Part shown: positions 57,150-64,000 of the stretch, one piece after another
How positions within the stretch are numbered: the stretch's first letter is position 1
Layout: every line of letters begins with the position of its first letter
Origin: Octopus vulgaris
Lineage: Eukaryota
Direction: 5' to 3'
DNA length: 64,000 nt
NCBI GenBank assembly: GCA_951406725.2
Contig: OX597821.1
Coordinates: 64,356,001 to 64,420,000 of the forward strand
Notes under the pieces: generated by a model
Databases searched by the model: none
What the model was told of the DNA's origin: nothing
Seen by the model: the letters and a program-made list of their open reading frames with translations, nothing else
Made by a program: the position numbers and the translations under genes

Positions 57150-57700
57150 TAAAAGTTAGATTGCGTTTAATAGTAATAAAAAGATTGGAGCACCACAGAG
57201 ATACGATCTAGCAAATTTGACAAATAAATATAAAAATAAAATAATAGACGAAAGAAAAAAAAACAAGACTGATTTCAACAACTTTAGCAATATCAAGAAC
57301 TGTGTGATATAGCTAAAAATACTGTTTCGGAAGTAACAAAAATCATCACCAAAGAACAAATAAATGTTTGAAGTGGGTAGCATACGAGACATTAGGTGAA
57401 ACTGAAGAAAGATCAGTAAAAAGCAACGGTAGGACATCATTTAGATGTAAAGAACGATATCACGGTTGAGCCATGAATTTCAAGCTACGATGAAAAAAAG
57501 GAAAACATGAACAAAATATGTGATGAGATTGAAAAAAAAAGTTTATTAACGAATACTAAAATGATTTTTACAGAGCATTAAAGCTAATAACAAGAAAATT
57601 TGCGCCAATAAATGATGTTATCGGAGACAAAGCTAGTAATATGCTCTGTGAAGAGAAAGACATAAAGAAAATGAGCGGAAAAGCACTGGTACAGCTTAAA
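57150..57700 (+). mobile_element. Decayed RTE LINE internal fragment (EN-RT linker)
   Basis: KWVAYETL..EER, ICDEIEK, ITRKFAPINDVIGDKASNMLCEEKDIKK. Confidence 0.55.
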
Positions 57701-58084
57701 TAAGAAAACAACAAATGTTAATCAAGCAGAGAGTGATCAAAATGATAATAGACAAAAAGAGTGAAAGAGAAGAAGAAGGAGAGAGAGAGAGAGGGAGGAA
57801 AGAGGGAGGGAGGGAGAGAGAGAGAGGGAGGGAGAGAGAGTGGGAGGGAGGAAAACATCACTAATGTCGGAAGTATAAGAGAAAGTAAGAATTGTAAATC
57901 TGAGAATAATCAAAATGATAAAATACAACATTGCTATTGAAAGAGAGAGAGAGAGAGGGGGGATAGAGAGAGAAATTCAGAGAGAAAGAAAGAGAAGGAG
58001 ACAAACAGAGAGACAGAAAAAGGGAGATAGAGAAAGAAAAAGAGAGACTGACAGATATAGAGAGACTAACACAGCGGTAGAGAG

Positions 58085-58118
<34 letters not shown>

Positions 58119-58309
58119 AAGAGAAGAAAGATAATCACTAATGTCAGAAGTATAAGAAATGAAGAACTGTCTTCTGAAAAACAATAAAAATCTCTTTAGG
58201 GGAAACGAAAAATCTTGAAGAAGTGTTAATGAAATTGTCACAATATCTGTTCACAAGAATATGGAACCCACCCAAAATTTATACCCAAATGGCTGCCTAT
58301 CAATATTTG

Positions 58310-59312
58310 TTCTACGCAACTGGTACTTAATTTATCGACCCCGAAAGGATGAAAGGCAAAGTCGAACTCGGCGGAATTTGAAAGCAGAACGTAAAGGGAC
58401 GAAATACATATTTCTTTACTACCAACACAGAGAGGACAATCAAGAACAGACAAACGGATTAAGTCGATTACATCGACTCCAGTGCGTAACTGGTACTTAA
58501 TTTATCGACCCCGAAAGTATGAAAGGCAAAGTCGACCTCGGCGGAATTTGAACTCAGAACGGCAGACGAAATACGGCTACGCATTTCGCCCAGCATGCTA
58601 ACGTTTCTGCCAGCTCGCCGCCTTAAAGAGACGAAATACCGCTAAGCATTTCGCACGGCGTGTCAACGTTTCTTATTTCTTATTTCTTTATTGCCCACAA
58701 GGGGCTAAACATACAGGGGACAAACATGGACAGACAAACGGATTAAGACGATTACATCGACCCCAGTGCGTAACTGGTACTTAATTTATCGACCCCGAAA
58801 GAATGAAAGGCAAAGGCAACCTCGGCGGAATTTAAACGCAGAACGTATAGGCAGAAGAGATACCGCTTAGCATTTCGGCCGGCGTGCTAACGTTTCTTAT
58901 TTCTTTATTGCCCAGAAAAGGCTAAACATACAGGGGAGAAACAAGGACCGACAAAGGGATTAAGTCGATTACATCGACCCCAGTTCGTAACTGGTACTTA
59001 ATTTATCGATCCCGAAAGGATGAACGGCAAGTCGACCTCGGTGGAATTTGAACTCAGAACGTAACGGCAGGCGAAATACCTATTTCTTTACTACCCACAA
59101 GGAGCTAAACACAGAGGGGACAAACAAGGACAGACGAACGGATTAAGTCGATTACATCGACCCCAGTGCGTCGCTGGTGCTTAATTTATCGACCCCGAAA
59201 GGATGGAAGGCAAAGTCGACCTCGGTGGAATTTGAACTCAGAACGTAACGGCAGACGAAATACGGCTACGCATTTCGCCCGGCGTGCTAACGTTTCTGCC
59301 AGCTCGCCGCCT
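58310..59312 (-). mobile_element. Nested/tandem cluster of ~5 SINE B units
   Basis: Five ACTGGTACTTAATTTATCGA(C/T)CCCGAAAG-type bodies. One nested copy (58408-58624) is flanked by AAAG(G/A)GACGAAATAC. Confidence 0.92.
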
Positions 59313-59812
59313 TATGATGGCACATACCTTTGCCCCTCTGTCCTAAATAACAATATCCGACCTGTTATGCTTACATATGACATTTTGATGGTAATATTCC
59401 ACCAGTATACCTTGAGCTGGTGTTTATGAATGTATTCCATAACAGAAGTATTTTCTAAGTTTATTCAGAACAGTCATTTTTTTTTGCGAATGGCATTGTA
59501 AATTGTTTTAGCCACTAAAACGTGCCGCATAGGGAGGTAGTACCGTGGTGACATTTTATGACAGCTGGTAATCATATGCATAATGTCCTCCACAGAAACA
59601 TGACATAGCCTACACATGCAGTTGCACCTTGGAATTACAAGAGCGTCACTGTCTCTCCTGTTCATCAGATACTTTGTGGCAATCTCCTATTCATGGATTG
59701 CAAACGCATAGACTTCACAGTGTGATGGTATGTAGTGGTCTTGCGTCCTAGAGCGTCTGCGTTTCGTGTTAATTCTATTGTTTCTCAAGCTTCCGGGCAA
59801 CATACCCATGCT
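59313..59812 (-). mobile_element. R4/Dong-like fragment (CCHC knuckle region)
   Basis: EVYAFAIHE*EIATKYL..CRLCHVSVEDIMHMITSC..YYLPMRH..HNRSDII; paralogous to 23900-24280. Confidence 0.85.
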
Positions 59813-60289
59813 TGTATGTATGTATACATACATATGTACATATGTACGTATGTACAGAGCTTTATATTACTTCGGTTTCAATAAAGAATAATTATATTGA
59901 ACACGATTATCTACAATCACTTTGATTCTGTTTTAACACCAAAAGGTGATACAACTAGCACCAATCACTTTTCAATTCAAAACGTATTCTTTTTCATCTG
60001 ACCTTATATACCTATAACATTTTCACAAATTACCTAATTCTTAAAAACACACACAAACACGTACATCAACACACACACACACACACGCAGGCACACACAT
60101 ACATACACACACACAAAAACACAAACACACTCACATACAAAAATAGTCAGTGATAATTAAATTTGATCAGTATAGAAAACATATCAACAAAACAATTCCT
60201 CCATCTGGTGAGAGTTAAATAGTGTATAATGTATACAGTATATAGTTATCCACTGCTTGCGACGAATCGTGGGAATTTCTTGGGAGGGG

Positions 60290-60760
60290 AGAGTTTCCAA
60301 CACTGAGGTGCTTCGCAGAGCCGAAATGCCCGGGTTCGAAGCCCTCATCATGAAGACCCAGCTCCGGTCGGTCGGACATGTAGTCTGAATGGACGATGCG
60401 CGTCTACCAAAGATGATCTTCTTCTCTTGCCTGGCTTCTGGAGCAAGAAACCCTAGAAGGCCACTGAGGTGATGAAACTTCCCTTGAGGCCTGCGGCATT
60501 TCAGCTAGTGGCTGGGAATCGCTTACCTCTGACTGCGGCGCCTGGCGTCCAGCTGTCCAAAAGGGTGTTAGGCTGTTCGAGGAAAAGCGCGTCATGGGCC
60601 TGGACCAGAAGCGACAAGCCCGAAAAGAGAGGGTCCCCAACCCTACTTCTGCTGTTACGTACCCAACATGTGGCAGCGTCTGCACATCCGCCTTTGGGTT
60701 CCGCTCCCATCTCCGGCGTCACTAACGTCATTGTCGAACCCCAACAGACTTCTATTATAT
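60290..60760 (+). mobile_element. RTE LINE 3' end
   Basis: VSNTEVLRRAEMP..QLRSVGHVV*MDDARLPKMIF..GVRLFEEKR..KRQARKER..PTCGSVCTSAFGFRSHLRRH*. Confidence 0.85.
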
Positions 60761-61511
60761 AGTTATGAGATACTAATGTTTTCATACATCGGACATGGTG
60801 TTTAGGCAGGTTTTAACGTGCCTAGAATCTCCAAACAATTTCCAAGTTCTGAGCACATGCCCTATATGAATTACAAATCAGGCAAATAGAACAAGAGAAA
60901 TCAGGAAAGAAAAGGAAAAGGGTGAAATAAAGTAAAGGAAAATGGTGAAATAAAGTAAAGCAAAATGAAAGGAAAAAAAGAAGAGAAAATTATAGTTGTG
61001 TCTCCTTTCCTCGTAAAGCCATAAAAATTTCAAAATTAACAGAAGTAGGTATAAAGTTTGTGATGCAGTTGGTCAATTCGGAGAGGGAGGTGTTCTCCAG
61101 TTCGCCAAAAGATATTTGTCCATATGCTTGCATTTGCTGGAAATTTCAGGAATTCAGCAGTGCATTTTGTGGATGTATTAACATATGGTGCATATTTTTC
61201 TACGATTTTACTCTTGATTGTATGTAGCGTGGGGTCGGACTTCAAATTTGTATGCGGCTAGCCATATTAGTGGCATTACTTTTGTTGATGAGCCGAAAAA
61301 ATGATAGGTGGTTAGCATAGTGACATTTGAAGTCAACTCTGTGCGACCTGATACAATTCTGCTCTTCGGTTAGGTACATATTCTATCGGATTCTTTTTGA
61401 GGAACCACTTATTTAGCAGGGCGTTAACAGAAAAACAGCGGTTCTTAAGCACCGAGCGTAGAAAATACAGACTCCCACAGAGACACACTCACACACATAT
61501 ACATACATGCA

Positions 61512-61571
<60 letters not shown>

Positions 61572-62206
61572 TACTTCTCTTATTTTATTATTATTTAATT
61601 GAAAGCCACGCATCCATTTCTAAGTTTATCTTAACCTTTTTGATGCAACTCTACTCTACGCTATTTTCCACAATTCTCTAATTCCCTCTTCCTCCACCAT
61701 TTTCTATCTGTCTCTCTCTCTCTCCCCTCTTTCTCTTTTTTCTATTTCTCGTTGCACACACGTGACCATCGTCCATCTTTCTTTTCCTCACGTGACCAAC
61801 TTTCTTTTCCTGACCTGACGTTCTAAGGACAAGAAGTCTTCGATATCTCTCTTCTATCTTTTCTCTTTTTAAAAAAATATTGCTCTCAGCGTTCACTATT
61901 TTGCCCTCGTTCTGGTCGAATAACTGCATGTTTTTTTCGTTCGGTTTCCTTGTATGTTTCCACTGTCCTGTTTTTCTTTCCAATTCTGACCCTCCATAAG
62001 ATTTAAAATTTTATTTTGTATGTTATAGGAGCAACTGTCTTCGAAGACTCATATTGTCGCTGAATGCTCGAAATGAAGTGTAAGATAGACAACCAGCAAC
62101 TGATGAATGGTCATCGTTTGTGTTACTTGTCCTGTTTTCCACTTTTTCTCGTTTGATTTCGTATTTGTTGTTTACCGAAATATGCACACACACACACACA
62201 CACACG

Positions 62207-62257
<51 letters not shown>

Positions 62258-62260
<3 letters not shown>

Positions 62261-62716
62261 ATAGAAATATTAAAATTACTAAGTCTCTTTAAAGGAGATT
62301 ACGGCAGCGTTACTGGGTATTAATAGTTATCGCCACACTAATATGGCAGTCTATAAATAAGACTAAAGCTGTCGCTGATTAGCTCCAAGAGGCCATCGCC
62401 TCTAGCTAGCTATTTGATACACGAACCTGCGTCCATTACAACCTTCGAACAGGGGAGGTCAGCCGCTTCACCTTGCTCGTCAGACATCTGCAGACATGTT
62501 TCAGGGTTGTTGCCCTTTATCAATGCAACGTAGCCAGAACCAGCAGGTGTCGCTACTGCCGTCTGTTCGAAGATTTTATTTACCTAGTTACAGTGGAATA
62601 CATCCACTTGTTTTCAATAATAGAACTATTAAAATTACTAAGTCTCTCTAAAGGAGATTACGGCAGCGTTACTGGGTATTAATAGTTATCGCCATACTAA
62701 TATAGCAGTCTATAAA
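62258..62716 (-). mobile_element. Retrozyme/Penelope-pLTR-like unit: 359-bp period with 100-bp terminal direct repeats
   Basis: 62258-62357 equals 62617-62716 with 4 mismatches. TA-repeat flanks and an internal hammerhead. Confidence 0.75.
62489..62527 (-). ncRNA. Minimal type I hammerhead ribozyme, U3-A8 variant
   Basis: Reverse complement TGCA-TTGATAA-AGGG caacaa CCCT-GAAA-CATG-TC-TGCA: stems I and II, palindromic ACATGT stem III, GUC cleavage site. Confidence 0.7.
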
Positions 62717-62736
62717 CATATATATATGTGTGTATG

Positions 62737-62767
<31 letters not shown>

Positions 62768-62780
62768 CTGCGTGTATGCT

Positions 62781-63116
62781 GAGACCCCCTTCGGTCATGA
62801 CTCACCATGGGATTACACCTAGAAAGTTATCCTCCCAGACACAAGGCCGGACAAGGTTATCTATGGAAGACCAGCAGTCGCCCATGCATACCGGCTTCCC
62901 CTCTCCACGTCACCAGTGTTATCCAAATGAAAAGCAAAGACTGATACAGCTTGGCACCTGTGACGTCGCAACTCATTTCTACAGCTGAGGGAAGTGGAGC
63001 AACGTGAAATAAAGTGTCTTACACAAGAACACAACACGCAGCCCGGTCCGGGATTCGAACTCACAACCTCACGATCGTAAGCTCGACGTTCTAACCACTG
63101 AGCCATGCGCCTTCAC
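62781..63116 (-). mobile_element. SINE C
   Basis: Homologous to 19921-20230. Confidence 0.9.
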
Positions 63117-63448
63117 ATGTGTGTTTATATACATATACATACATACATGCATACATACATACATACATACATACATGCATACATATGCATGTGCTTCTTT
63201 TAGTTTCTACCTACCAACTCCACTCACAAGGCTTTGGTCGACTCTAAGCTATACTACAAGACACTTGGCAATGAACCCAATAGCATGATCTACTTGGCGT
63301 TGTAAAGCTGAGACGTGCTGTGAGACTGTTCGACCATTTTATGTGGTGAAACATTCTCTATACTCAGTCCCTATTCCATATCGCCTGACCGACTTCCTTA
63401 TGAGACTTTACACACACACGCATGCACATATATGTATGTATGTAAGTA

Positions 63449-63560
63449 TGTATATAAACATGTATGTATATAAACAGGTATGTATTTAAACAGACATGTA
63501 TATAAACAGGTATGTATTTAAACAGACATGTATATAAACAGGTGTATATAAAAATGTATA
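63449..63560. repeat. Minisatellite of 16-bp subunits in a 32-bp higher-order unit
   Basis: TGTATATAAACAGGTA-TGTATTTAAACAGACA repeated. Confidence 0.8.
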
Positions 63561-64000
63561 TATTTTGCAGCTGTTTTCGATACAAGGAACCATGCACCCA
63601 GTGTGGAGTGGCAATTCGATGCCATATAGTTTATTTCATCATTGCTGCCGGACCTTAGTAATACCATTAGTTATAAAAATATCGATTTCAAACACCTGGT
63701 TATTAGTAATGCTATGGCTAAACGGAAGCATAATATTCATAGGTGTCGAGATCATAATGATATCCGTTTCGCTGCTGATGATGAATATATATGTTTGATG
63801 TCCTTTTGCGAATCTTTCATATCTTATTTTCTCGTCATACTTGGTCCTCCTTCATTCTGATTGGGTTGAATTTATCATGGTTGTGTTATTTGTTTTTTTT
63901 TCATGCACGCGTTGATATTGCGTGACTGTCATACCCAGGGAATTCTCTTATAGCTAAAGTATCATTTATTAAACATTTTTGTAGTTTACTCTTTTACTTT

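Noticed and set aside
57735-58160. Duplicated ATCACTAATGTC(G/A)GAAGTATAAGA around GA tracts
   Set aside because: Best explained as a local slippage duplication in low-complexity DNA.
58310-59312. CRISPR-like repeat array
   Set aside because: Units are ~180-230-bp SINE copies without unique spacers, in a eukaryotic context with no cas genes.

Overview
AT-rich, microsatellite-saturated eukaryotic DNA with no intact protein-coding gene that I can support. The repeat repertoire is consistent with an octopus/cephalopod genome, an inference from my recall of the SINE sequences. Nearly all supplied ORFs are translations of (TA)n, (CA)n, (TATG)n or trinucleotide repeats. The window is mostly mobile DNA: three tRNA-like SINE groups (my labels A, B, C; >25 copies, nested, tandem and chimeric); a full-length disabled IR/DR Tc1 (38409-40030) and a Tc1 fragment; two decayed mariners; two non-autonomous Helitrons and a Helitron STPR-repeat N-terminus; five R4/Dong-like RLE LINE fragments; RTE fragments; Tx1/L1-like ORF1-only elements; and Penelope-like pieces. 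Most notable observations: (1) a 359-bp retrozyme/pLTR-like unit with a minimal hammerhead carrying the compensatory U3-A8 core variant (62258-62716), plus further minimal hammerheads; (2) apparent (CATA)n targeting by R4/Dong fragments; (3) ORF1-only elements sharing a 3' tail with SINE B and a covarying 3' stem-loop with each other; (4) SINE-B multimers with identical junctions at independent loci. Possible decayed host-gene exons at 3.9-12.9 kb could not be identified. Family assignments rest on motif recall, not database searches.
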